64,000 nt of DNA from Octopus sinensis (lineage: Eukaryota), in assembly GCF_006345805.1 (NCBI RefSeq), contig NC_043023.1:1178001-1242000 (forward strand). The letters are read 5' to 3'. The translations under genes were made by a program, and so were the position numbers. Shown here piece by piece: positions 50,423 through 62,779 of this stretch. Position 1 is the stretch's first letter. Every line of letters starts with the position of its first letter. The notes beneath the pieces were generated by a model. The model did not search any database. It saw only the letters and a list, made by a program, of their open reading frames with translations, and was not told the origin of the DNA.

Positions 50423-50588
50423 ATAATTATAATTATAATTAGGGTTTAGCAAAATTGCTTCACCAATACCGAAATTTAGAAACAGCAGTTAAATACTATT
50501 CTACTACCATAAAATATCTCCCAGACAGTAATACTCTCAACTCACACAGGCAAAGAGAAAAAAAATAACAATGACATGGCTTTGATTA

Positions 50589-50657
50589 ACTATATACACG
50601 TTTCTGGATTAAAGATATGTAAAATAACTCACACCTTATTTCCTTCATCAGTATAGT
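50589..50657 (-). ncRNA. Minimal hammerhead ribozyme with long loop II
   Basis: actata CTGATGA a GGA...TCC a GAAA C GT G TA tatagt; perfect 6-bp stem I, GUA cleavage site. Confidence 0.7.
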
Positions 50658-50915
50658 ATTTCCATTATAAATTTGAGAGCACTAGCAATCAAGATATTTA
50701 TTCAACAAAGCGTCATCGAACAAAATTAATATCCAAAAAACCAGTACTTTTGAATTTATACAGACAAGTTGGGGCTCACATCTTCTCCCAATCACCCAAG
50801 TGCGTTACGAGTAATCCCACAGAAACTGCAGTTTACTATCAGGGAGAGAACTATATTATCAATAATAATAAATAATAATCATTATTGATTATATACATAT
50901 ATATATATATATATA

Positions 50916-50990
50916 CTATAATCCCTCAACTATTGCAGGTGTTACGTTCCAAAACCCCCTGCGATAGGTGAAAATGCACAAAGTAGATAG
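50916..50990 (+). mobile_element. Tigger/pogo-like MITE left end, degenerate
   Basis: TA.TATAATCCCTCAACTATTGCAGG...CCCCTGCGATAG resembles CAGTAATCCCTCG-type TIRs. Confidence 0.4.
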
Positions 50991-51039
50991 AGTACTGTAC
51001 TGTATATTATTATTATTATTTTTATAATTTGTATATACT

Positions 51040-51432
51040 CTTTTACTCTTTTACTTGTTTCAGTCATTTGACTGTGGCCATGCTGGAGCACCACCTTTAG
51101 TCGAGCAAATCTTTGTAAGCCTAGTACTTATTATATCGGTCTCTTTTGCCGAACCACTAAGTTATGGGGACGTAAACACACCAGCATCGATTGTCAAGTG
51201 ATGTTGGGAAGACAAATACAGACACACAAACACATACACACACACACATATATATACATACATATATATATGACAGGCTTCTTTCAGTTTCCGTCTACCA
51301 AATCCAGTCACAAGGCTTTGGTCAGCCTGAGGCTATAGTAGAAGACAGCTGCCCAAGATGCCACGTAGTGGGACTGAACCCGGAACCATGTGGTTTGTAA
51401 GCAAGCTACTTACCACACAGCCATTCCTGCGC
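51040..51432 (-). mobile_element. SINE family A
   Basis: Reverse complement of the consensus. Confidence 0.88.
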
Positions 51433-51544
51433 ATATTTATTTTATTATATTTATAGTATTATATTATATTTTATTATATTATATTTAATATATTTATTTT
51501 ATTATCAATGCAAAACAACATCATGGGGTACCACTCTAGATGCT

Positions 51545-51778
51545 TTCATAGTCAGTAGTTATCACTTGTCTCTGTCCTTTGTCATGTGTAGCGGGGCCTA
51601 AGGGTAGTGACCTGTCCAGTCCTTGATGCTGCCAGCTGTTCTTTTTGCCCTCCCTCAACTGTGCCACGCCATGGACGATGGTCTTGGACAGGGAGGAGTA
51701 GTGACAGGATATGTGACTGTACCAGGCAAGCTTCTGTCTTTTTACCTGTGCGAGGAATGGTTCCTGTCTGCCAGCATA
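51545..51778 (-). mobile_element. RTE LINE ORF2 C-terminal fragment
   Basis: QEPFLAQVKRQKLAWYSHISCHYSSLSKTIVHG resembles the RTE L...KRRKL.WFGH..R...L.KTILQG motif. Confidence 0.8.
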
Positions 51779-51783
51779 TTTAA

Positions 51784-52011
51784 GGTGGTGAGCTGGCAGA
51801 ATCGTTAGCATGCCAGGTGAAATACCTAGCTGTATTTTGTCTGCTGCTACATTCTGAGTTCAAATTCCACCGAGGTTGACTTTGCCTTTCATCCTTTCGG
51901 GGTCGATTAAATAAGTACCAGTTACGTACTGGGGACGATATAATTGACTTAATCTGCTTGTCCTTGTTTGTCCCCTCTGTGTGTAGCCCCTTGTGGGCAG
52001 TAAAGAAATAA
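51784..52011 (+). mobile_element. SINE family C (Meta-type), full length
   Basis: GGTGAGCTGGCAGAATCGTTAG head, GAGTTCAAATTCC B box, GCCTTTCATCCTTTCGGGGTCGATTAAATAAGTACC Meta domain, AAAGAAATAA tail. Confidence 0.88.
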
Positions 52012-52159
52012 GTATATTTGTAGGTTTGCTGCCTGACAAGCTGTCCATTTGGTGTTCTGTGTACAGAACGTGACATAAACTTCGGAAACACTTGAACCCA
52101 AGTGCCTGAATTCTTCATTCCATGTCAGCTGTCAGAATCCAGTCAAGACATATATATAT

Positions 52160-52478
52160 ATTCTTTTATTTGTTTCAGTCATTTGACTGTGGCCTTGCTG
52201 GAGCACGACCTTTAGTTGAACAAATCAACCAGATCAAACAAATCGACCCCAGGACATAAACATACTAACATTAGTTGTGAAGCGATGGTAGCGGGACAAA
52301 CACACACACACATATACAAGATGGGCTTCTTTCAGTTTCCATCTACCAAATCCACTCAAGGCTTTTGTCGGCCTGAGGCTATAGAAGACACTTGCCTAAG
52401 GTGCCACACAGTGGGATTGAACCTGGAACCATGTGGTTGAGAAGCAAGCTACTTACCACACAGCCACACCTGCACCTA
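52160..52478 (-). mobile_element. SINE family A, internally deleted
   Basis: Reverse complement of the consensus head and tail. Confidence 0.75.
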
Positions 52479-52495
52479 TTAAAAAGTTGCCAGAA

Positions 52496-52559
52496 GACGG
52501 TTATAGGACTCGAACCCATCAGATAGCGGCTGAGTACTCTATCACTAAGCTAAACAGCC
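52496..52559 (-). other. 64-nt tRNA-like cloverleaf (SINE head or tRNA pseudogene)
   Basis: A box TAGCTTAGTG, T arm ATGGG-TTCGAGT-CCTAT, acceptor stem 6/7 paired, no variable loop. Confidence 0.5.
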
Positions 52560-52663
52560 TGATATATACATCATCCTTATCAGCAAAATCCCTTAATTGA
52601 TGCAGCAAATTGATGGGGTGCCACTCTAAATACTTTCATACTCAGCTCTCTCTCTCTCTCTCA

Positions 52664-52719
<56 letters not shown>

Positions 52720-53416
52720 CATAAAATAATAAATAAAACATATGCATATATACATGCATATATGTACGTACACACCTCCACATGTACACATACATGCATA
52801 TATAGGTACAGGACACCAAAAAACTTTGAACACAATGAGAAATGAAAACATAAAAACAGAACCATGGAAACGGACATTTTTTTAAACAATGGAAAAACAG
52901 AGTAAAAGATATACAACACAAGTAAAATTCCCCTTCTTCAGCCGCCTCCGTTTCATCTACTCCGTGTTTCGAAGGTAAAGGCGAGACACGACTTCGATGA
53001 AACGATCCTTCCCGCAAATAATTTGAGATTTTTGCGGAGGGGTAAAAGTGGTAACAAAAACAGGACAGTAAAAATACAAATAAAAATAAAAACAGTAAAT
53101 GACAGGACAAGAAGAACCAACAGTAATACGAACGTTAAGGGCTGTTAAGCCGAACGAAAGAGATATTATTTTGAACGCGTGAGAACAACGGCATAAGAAA
53201 GGAATAGAATGCCGTTTACACCTGTTGAAGGCTGGGGTCAGATATATATAGATATATATATATACAGTAACATTTTTTGCCACTATAACAGAGCTGTTCT
53301 ATAAAGAACAATGATACTATATTTTAATCTCAGGAAAATGTCTTTTTAATGAAACACAAACTGTGTCTGATATATTGTGAGTAAGGGAGCAAATTACTCC
53401 CTTTCAGCTTGGAAAG

Positions 53417-53460
53417 CCAGTAGAGCATGGTTTCTGGGTTTTTATCTTCATCAGTACTGA
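53417..53460 (-). ncRNA. Degenerate minimal hammerhead ribozyme
   Basis: tcagta CTGATGA agataaaaaccca GAAA CCATG CTC tactgg; stem I intact, stems II and III each damaged. Confidence 0.55.
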
Positions 53461-53619
53461 ACTAGAGATGACAGTCAAATGTCCCTACATACAATATATA
53501 AACAGAAAAGTGGCAGAGAGCTGCTGATCTCATAACAAGCAGAATAGCTAGATCTAAAATCTCTATATGAGATATAAGTAATAACAATTTATATATGTGT
53601 GTATATATAATATATTCAA

Positions 53620-54010
53620 ATGTATGTTCATTTACATATGTGAGATGGATGATGTAACATCACTTATATTCCTAACACAGATTACGAAACAGCTGTCAAG
53701 TAATGGAATTAACATCTACTCCCACACTTAATTTCGTCTGCACCACTTAATACGTCTACACCACCAGATACTCCTGAACCAGTTTTTGTGTGTCCCACAA
53801 GAGGAGTCAATGCTAGATGTGTTGAAACAATTGTTGTGATTAATAATATGTTCTCATATATTCCATCTTGTCTTTCATTTGTTATTTATATGTATGTATG
53901 TTCATTTACATATGTGAGATGGATGATGCAACATCACTTATATTCTTAACACAGATTACGAAACAGCTGTCAACTAGTGGAATTAACATCTACTCCCGCA
54001 CTTAATTTCT
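53620..54010 (+). repeat. ~120-bp direct repeat (Penelope pseudo-LTR-like partial tandem)
   Basis: TGTATGTTCATTTACATATGTGAGATGG...GAAACAGCTGTCAA...CATCTACTCCC.CACTTAATTTC at ~53621 and ~53894. Confidence 0.8.
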
Positions 54011-54464
54011 CTTAACTGTTCTCTTCACATACATACATATATATATACTTATACACACACACATATATATATAGATGTATGCATTGCTTTCATCACTAAT
54101 TAGAATCTAATTAATATAATATATACATAAGACAGTGTAGTCTTAAATACACAATGTTACACAATATTTGAATGACAGAATGACAGATGTGATGGTCACA
54201 GTCGAAACACACAAACCTGACCTCAAGCTAAACAACAACAACAACAACAACATATGCAGTAATTAAGTATTCAAGAGTTTAACATTGCACCATACTGAAG
54301 ACACCAGCATATCTTACACCACTACATGACCACCACTGCTGAATGGTACAACAAACTACGTTGCTACCAGCCACAAAAATACAAACACCACACTAAACCA
54401 CCACCACCATCACCACCAACACCACTGGTCTAATTCATTTCTTTCTCCCTTTCTGTCCATCCAT

Positions 54465-54545
54465 CTGTCTGTCCGTCTATCTATCTATCTATCTATCTAT
54501 CTACCTACCTACCTACCTACCTATCAATCTGTCTATCAGTCTGTA

Positions 54546-54582
<37 letters not shown>

Positions 54583-54758
54583 GTCTGTCTAGCTGTCTGC
54601 CTACCTACTTGTCTATCTATCTGTCTGTCTATCTATCTCTCTGTCTATCTATCTGCCTATCTATCTATCTCTATCTATCTGTCTATCTTTCTATCTATCT
54701 ATCTGTCTGTCTGTCTGTCTGACCGTCTATCTATCTATCTGTCTGTCTGTCTATCTAT

Positions 54759-54793
<35 letters not shown>

Positions 54794-54960
54794 CCTATCT
54801 ATCTATCTCTATCTATCTGTCTATCTTTCTATCTATCTGTCTGTCTGTCTATCTGACCGTCTTTCTATCTATCTAGCTATTTGTCTATCTGTCTACCCGT
54901 CTGTCTACCTATCTATCTATCTGTCTACCTATTTGTCTATATGTCTATCTATCTAGCCAG
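54465..54960. repeat. (TCTA)n/(TCTG)n tetranucleotide array
   Basis: Visible in sequence. Confidence 0.95.
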
Positions 54961-55184
54961 CTCACTTCTCCCCCTCACTCTCTATCACTCCTTCACAATC
55001 CTTCTTTCTCCTTTTTGTTTCTTTCCCTCCCTCTTTCTATGTCTCCTACCTCCACCTCCCGTAGTGTCCCCTCATCCAATCAGACCCTCATTAAACAGCC
55101 AATTAACCTAATCACAACAAACAACTGCCACCTCTCACTTGCAACAGCCAATTCTTATTTGCTGTCACAGATCTTCGTCTGTAT

Positions 55185-55860
55185 GTGGTTGTGCAGTTAA
55201 CTAGAAATAGCAACTAAATCTCCCTTCAATCAAACCCTGCTGTCTTATGTATGTTTGAGCCAATGAGAAAGAACTTTACATGGCAGCTAGAAAAGGTAGA
55301 AATAACAGCCAAATCTCCCTCAGATCAAACCCTATTGTTGTATTTACGTATATGTTTGTATGCGCTGTTGATGGAGACTTCCACATGGTAGCTACACTGA
55401 GTAGAAATAGCTGCTAAATCTCACTCAAATCACACCCTACTGTCTTATGTATAAGGCAATGAGAGAGACTTATACATGGTAGCTACCTCTGACAGAAACA
55501 GCAGCCAAATCTCCCTCAAATCACACCCTGCTGTCTTGTGTATGTATATATGTATGCATGAGCCAATGAGGGAGACATCTTCGTGGTAGCTAGACCTGTT
55601 GGAAATAGCAGCTAAAACGAACTCAAATCACACCCTACCATATTATGTATGTATGAGCCAATGAGGGAGACCTCTACATGGTAGATTGAACCCGTAGAAA
55701 TAGCAGTCAAATCTCTCTCAAATGACACCCTGCTGTCTTATGTATGCATATATGTATGTGTGAGTCAATAATGGAGACCTCTACATGGTAGCTAGACATG
55801 TTAGAAATAGCAGCCAAATCTCTCTCAAATCACACCGTAATTATCTTCTATGTGCATGAT
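55185..55860 (+). repeat. Second array (~7 copies, ~100 bp) of the CCAAT-containing satellite
   Basis: Same unit as 23160-24040, more diverged. Confidence 0.88.
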
Positions 55861-56319
55861 CCAACATGGTAGCTAACAACAACTATAACCACTAAGTACT
55901 ATACCATACATTCAATAATGTAGTCCCAGATACACTATGCCAGAATAAAAGACAGAATGATCTCAGATGAAACATCTTTGATCAATAAACTGGATCAGGA
56001 CTGACTTGGGGTCAAACAACAACATATTGTAAAATTCAGGGGCCGAAATGTCCATTTAGCAACAGCAAGACAACAATGGAAATGGTCAAGCAGTGAAAGT
56101 TTCATTGAGACCAGATCACTCTGGCTGTTGACCAATGACCACTCCAGATATCTTTGTTCCAGTGTCGGCTCTGTCCAGTGTCCGAGCGTCCGTAATTAAA
56201 TATCACATAATCCCTCTGTCGACGTCACTGACCTCCGACCTCGGAACTGCGTCACGACATCATCCGCTAATTTGGATCAAACTGACCACTGTTTATCCCC
56301 ACTCTCCAGCCCTGCACAC

Positions 56320-57550
56320 CACACCACCACAAGTAATATCACCACCACCACCACTACCATTACCACCACGACCATCACTATCACCACTACCATTACTACT
56401 ACTACCACCACCACCAGTATTACCACCACCATCCCTACTAACACCAAAACCACCAGTACTACCATTACTACTATTAGCACCAACAGTACCACCGCATCCA
56501 CTACTATTACAAACACCACCACCACTGCTACTGCTAGCACCAGTACAACTACTATTACTACTACTACTAATACTATTATTTATACCACAACCACCACCAC
56601 CACCACTACCATTACTACTACTACTACTACCACCATGACACCCACCTACCACCACAACTACTACTACTACTACCACCACCAACCAACACCACCATTATTG
56701 CTACTACTACCACCATGACACCCACCTACCACCACAACTACTACTACTACTACTACTACCATCACAACTACCACAACCACCACCCTACAGCTACCATCAC
56801 CACCTCGGCAAATACCCTCACCACCAAACCATCACTACTACACCATCACTGCCACCACCACTACCACAATTACCCCCCCCCATCACACAAGCACCCCCCC
56901 CATCAAACATCCAGTAATACATGAAACCACCACTAAGTCAACCTGCCCTACTCCATTACACGTTGCGCCACTAACTACACTGCGACACCAACCCACTCCA
57001 CATCTAAATTGTGCTGTGCCACCATGTCACAATTGACCACGCTGTGGTCTTAGCCATCGTCCTCCACCACGACATACTACACCGCACACCACAATTTCAC
57101 AGACACTATACTGTAATCATATCGTGGTAACACTACTACCACTTCCACCACAAAACCGGTCATGTGCTTTTACTACCACCAACACCACCCCAATCATCAC
57201 CCTCACCAGCACCACCACCATTACCATTGTCATCGCAGTCGTCATCACCACTACCAGTACTATCATCACTGCCACTACAACCACCACACCATCACCACCA
57301 CTTCTGTCACCACCACTACCATCACCACCACTACCGTCACCACCACTACCATCACCACCATCACCACCACTACCGTCACAACCACTAACGTCACCACCAC
57401 TACCGTCACCACCACTACCGTCACCACCACTACCATCACCACCACTACCGTCACCACCACTACCGTCACTACCACTACCGTCATCACCACTACCGTCACC
57501 ACCACTACCATCACCATCACTCCCATTACCACCACTAACACTAACTACTA
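56320..57550. repeat. (CAC/CTA) arrays including a 15-bp ACCACCACTACCGTC minisatellite
   Basis: Visible at 57300-57520. Confidence 0.9.
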
Positions 57551-58390
57551 ATAATTTATATTCGATAATGTAATCCTAGATACACAAAGTCTGAATAAAT
57601 GATGGGATGGTCATGGCTGGAACAGTTTTGATTATAGGTCTTTATGGATCACAACTGACCTGGGGCTAAACAACACCAACATCTATAGCTACTTATTATA
57701 CTAACTACTATACTATACATTAGACAATGTACTCCTAGATACACTATGCCTCAATAAAAGATGGGACGGTCACAAATGGAACATCTTTGATCATAGTTCT
57801 GCTCTATCAGGACAGACCTGGGGCTAAACAGCAACAACAATCACATTTTATTGAAGATCTCTCCCAGCTTCCTGCCAACCATGCCCCACCACCCTTTGCA
57901 TTGTTGTCTGACTTAAAAGTTAAAGTAAATTGCTTTTATTGTGAATCCTACTTGACCAATGGAGACCGACAGGAAGTGGACACCTAGCACCCTCTAACAG
58001 ACAATGAGCAATCTATTATCAAGGAATGTTCCATTTAAGATTGGGGGTAATCAAGTATGACCAGTCCATTGCTTTGTCAATAGTTGAGTGGGAGGCAAAG
58101 CATATTTAGAAGAAATGATGGAAAAGGATTTACAATGGCAACAACAACAATGAAAATAATAACAATAACAGGGGTTTGAAAGTGAGGAGACCACACTGGG
58201 TGGTTGTGCAGTCAGCTAGAAATAGCAGCAAAAGTATCTTGTCTTCAAATGATACATCTTATATTATAAGAGAGCTGATCTCTGTATGACTGTCTGTCAC
58301 AATAACTATTAGAGAGAGGAAAAGAAGGGAGAAATCAAAATATATGTCACAACGTAATTTTAGAAGAAGAGAAGGGGAAAAAGTGTGTGT

Positions 58391-58434
<44 letters not shown>

Positions 58435-60112
58435 TGTTTCTTTATTAGCCACACAGGGCTGCACACAGACAGGACAAATTACAAGGTTGAGCTTTTCTTT
58501 TGGGGGTAAAAAAAGGGGGTTTGGTTTTCAATCAAAAGGGATCGTAAAAGGAAAGAAAGAGGACAAAAAAGGGGGGATAAAAGGCGGGGGGAAATTGATC
58601 AATAGGGATCGTTATCACAGAAATGTCAATATGAAGTGTAAAGGAGAGGACAGGTGAGGTTTACCAGTGGAAAGAAAAGCCTACGAAAAAGACCATGGTA
58701 ACCTCGGTCAATGAAGTCACATGTTATATTTCTTTTTTTTTTAGATAGATAGATTACATAGATTGATAGATAGATAGAGAGAGATAGGTAGTGTTGTCAC
58801 CATAGTAACTAATAAATCTTGATTAAAAATGTGGAATTTGGGTGTTTGTGTGTATTTCTGAAAGTGTGTGTGTGTGTCTGTGTATTTCTGTATGTCTTTT
58901 AACATAGAGACAACACAGACTTTAAAAAGAGACTTCTTACCACACATCCACGTCTGTGTCTATATATATATATATATATATACATATATATATGAGAAAA
59001 ATGCCCCCCACCGTCCAATGGATGGTGCTGAGTTGTCCCACCATCCCATAGGCTTCCCCTTTGAGAAACGCTGATTTAACCTAAATTTGAGACATAAGCA
59101 AGAGAAGAAATAAAGATAGATTTTTTTTTTCTATTCCAAAGAAAAACGATTTTATTCACACAAATATGCAACCAAAGAGTTTAAAGTACCAGTAATGATA
59201 AGGCTGTTGACTGGGAGAACACAAACATGGTTTAAACAGTAAGCTTGGCAGGAAAGAAACGTGCCTTTAAGCAGTACAAAAACAACAAAAAATGGAAGGT
59301 GCAGTTATGTACAGGTTGACGGAAGAAAAGCAGGACAAAAACGGCTCTATCGATCGCATTCTCACCTGGAATCGATTTTTGTAATTTTTTCAAGACTTAT
59401 ACACGCCCTGATACCGTCAGTATCCACATAACAAATTTGAGCACAATCGGATGGAGGATGCCCGAGATCCTAGAAGACACACACACAGACAGAACGGATT
59501 TTATATAATATATATATATATATAGGTGCATACATATATGTACACACATACATGGATAAAACTGTATAAATCATACGAAATCATATGTATCCAAAACTGG
59601 TCCCTATATTTACTATTGAACACACATACTCAATGTATGCACTTTGTTCACTTGTAGCCTGAAATATGGCACAGTGGAGTTGACTCCCCCAAAGCACCAG
59701 ATGTTAAAACACCTCAAAGTCATAGACAGACAAGTTAACTCACTCCAAATCCAATTCAGGAGTGATGGGCATCAACGTTTTGTTATTTTTATCAATACCA
59801 TCTTTTTTCTTTAGGTTCACCTTCTGCCCAGCAACTTCTACTCATCATTATATAGTGTGGGGTGGCCATGTACCTCCTCCATAGTAAGACACCCATTCTT
59901 TTCACCTATCACACTTTAGCCTCTCAGCCCCTGGTATAAAGCCACCTCCCCCTGCCAAATATTGTAGGGTGGATATGTATCTCCTCTGTACCAAAATACA
60001 TATTCTCCTCCCTATGTCATACTTCAGCTTCTAAACATGACATAAACCCCTGTCCCTCTCAGTTACTCAGCATTTCTTTAGTTCAGGGTTTTTCTCTTCA
60101 TTTTTAATACAT

Positions 60113-60327
60113 TACTCTTTTACTTTGTTCAGTCATCCGACTGTGGCCATGCTGGAGCACCGCCTTTAGTCGAGCAAATCAACCCTAGGACTTATTCTTT
60201 GTAAGACTAGTACTTATTCTATCAGTCTCTTTTGCCGAACTGCTAAGTTACGGGGATGTAAACACACCAAGATCGGCTGTCAAGCGATGCTGGGGGGGAG
60301 GGATAAACACAACACACAAACATACAC

Positions 60328-60366
<39 letters not shown>

Positions 60367-60522
60367 GATGATGGGCTTCTTTCGGTTTCCGTCTAACAAA
60401 TCCACTCACAAGGCTTTGGTCGGCTCGAGGCTATAATAGAAGACACTTGCCTAAGGTGCCACGCAGTGGGACTGAACCCAGAACCATGTGGTTCATAAGC
60501 AATCTACTTACCACACAGCCAC
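60113..60522 (-). mobile_element. SINE family A, full length
   Basis: Reverse complement of the consensus. Confidence 0.9.
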
Positions 60523-60834
60523 CCCATTCAACAGAACCATACTTTTGCCTCACATGACATAAATTCCCCTCTTAAATACTCCCTCCTCCCTTAATCAAGG
60601 GGGCACTCCCCCTTCATTTCAGAAAAACTAATCGGAACCAAAGAAGGTGGATTGTGGCTCCCAAATACTACGGAAGTTGCTACACACTTTAACATAATCT
60701 AGGGCAGCCACATATCTCCTCTCTAGCAAGGCACCCATCCTTGACCCTTCTACCATACTTTAGTGATAAGGGCTTTTCTCTTTCTTGTTCTTTTCTATCT
60801 TACAGCTTACCTAGTAACCCTGTTAGTACTCAAT

Positions 60835-61140
60835 GCATGAAAAAAGCACCCAGTGTGTTCTGCGAAACAGCTGGCATTAGGAGGGGCATTCAGCTGTAGA
60901 AAAATGCCAATGCTGATATTGGAGCACAGTGCAGCACTCTGGTTTGCCAAATCCTGTCAAAATGTCCAATCCATGCCAGCATGAAAAACAGACGTTAAAT
61001 GACAATGAAGATGATGATAACGACAAATCAGGTAAGGGTTGGCAACAGGAAGAGCATTCAGCTGTATAAATTCTGCCTCAAATATTTATCCATCTAACCC
61101 ATGCCAGCATGGGTTTAAAAAAGAACGGATGTTGATGGAA
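60835..61140 (+). mobile_element. Two tandem RTE-type 3' UTR fragments
   Basis: AAAAAGCACCCAG...GGCATTAGGA.GGGCAT.CAGCTGTAGAAA...CCATGCCAGCATG, twice. Confidence 0.65.
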
Positions 61141-61479
61141 CAAACAAACGAATCTTTTCAAGAAAAGACGAAATTTGCCAACTAAAAATACATTTTCTGA
61201 AGTGTGCTAAAAGTATAAAAATCTGATAAAAATTATGTTGATTTCTGCAAAAAGAAAAAAAAAATTATTTTTGAAAAAAGTAGTTTTCCGAATGAAAAAG
61301 AAAAGAAAGAAAAAAAATAAAAAGAAATTGGAGTAGAATATAATTTTAATAAATGTTAAAATTTCAAATTCGTTTTTTTTGAAGAGATGAAAAGAATTTG
61401 TCAAAAAAATTATTATTTTATTATTGCTATTGTTATTAGTGTTGGTCGTGGTGGGATGGTGGGTGTAGTTGTTATAATC

Positions 61480-62305
61480 AATATTGTCATCAGCAGCAGC
61501 ATTATCAGTATATGCAACACTATCATCATCATCACAGTCATCATTATCATTGTAAGCTTCTCAATGATCATTTTCAGTACTACCACCACTACTTCTACCA
61601 CTACTACTACTACCACCACTACTACCACCACCACTAATACTACCACCACTACTACTATCACCACCTCTAGTACTACTACCACCACCACTACTACTACTTC
61701 TACCACCACAACTACTACTACCACCATCACTAATACTACCACCACCACTAGTACTACCACCACTACTGGTACTACCACTACTACAACTCCCACTATCATT
61801 ACCAGCACTACTAGTACAATGACTGCAAATACTACTACCACCACAATTAATACTACTACTGCTACTATCACCACCACAACTACAATTACAAATATTACTA
61901 CTACTACTACTATTACCACCACCACCGCTTTTACTATGATCACAACTACAACTATCACCACCACTGCCAGTACTATTACTAATACTACTACCACCACCTT
62001 CCCTACAATCATAAATACTACTATGACCACTACTACAAGCACCACCACCACCGCCTCTACTACTATTATTACCACTACTACCACTACAACCATAACCTCC
62101 ACCACCGTCACCACCACCACCACTACAACCACCACCACCATCACTACCACCACAACCACTACTACCACCACAGCCACTACTACCACTACAACCACATCTG
62201 CCACTACCACCACCACCACCACCACAACCATCACTACCACCACAGCCACTTCTACCACTACAACCACATCCGCCACCACCACCACCACCACCACCACCAC
62301 AAACA
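61480..62305. repeat. (CTA)n/(CAC)n array
   Basis: Visible in sequence; gives the poly-Thr and poly-Val ORFs. Confidence 0.95.
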
Positions 62306-62569
62306 ATGTTATATTCTTTTACAACCATATTTCTTAAATGCCAGAAACATTAAAATTATTCATTCGATGTTGCCATTCTTGATTGTTTTTATTGTTGTTG
62401 TTATTCCACATACTGTAGGAATTGTCATTGTTATTGTTCCATATGTGGCAGTCAATACTGCAACACGTTACGGTTATTATTCTTGTCGTTATTGCTGTGG
62501 CGGTGGCTTTTGTTAATCTTTCCTAAATCTGGTTATGAAGGTCACAGTAAAAGTCACGGCAGAAATTGT

Positions 62570-62715
62570 TCCACAGCAGAGAAGACCTGGATGAGAGGCA
62601 GTTATGGCTTTGCCCCTGGAAGGGGCTCTGCAGACGAGATCTTCTTGGAGACGAAACTAAAGGAGAAATATTTGGTCAAGAATAAACTACCATTCCTGCC
62701 CTTTGTTGATTCAAA
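62570..62715 (+). mobile_element. RTE LINE reverse-transcriptase N-terminal fragment
   Basis: YGFAPGRGSADEIFLETKLKEKYLVKNKLPFLPFVD resembles QFGF.PGRGT.DAIF..RQL.EKY..K.K.L..AFVD. Confidence 0.8.
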
Positions 62716-62779
62716 GCAGTGGTTCTCAGCCATGGCCTGTATGACCCTGGAGGGGATTTCCATGTAAGATTTTGCTGTT

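Noticed and set aside
51510-52645. ~50-bp imperfect direct repeat (ATGGGGT.CCACTCTA.AT.CTTTCATA.TCAG) 1.1 kb apart
   Set aside because: Too short and diverged to call LTRs or a TSD
61387-62337. 316-aa poly-Thr ORF with hydrophobic N-terminus (mucin-like)
   Set aside because: (CTA/CAC)n microsatellite; antisense frames are equally open
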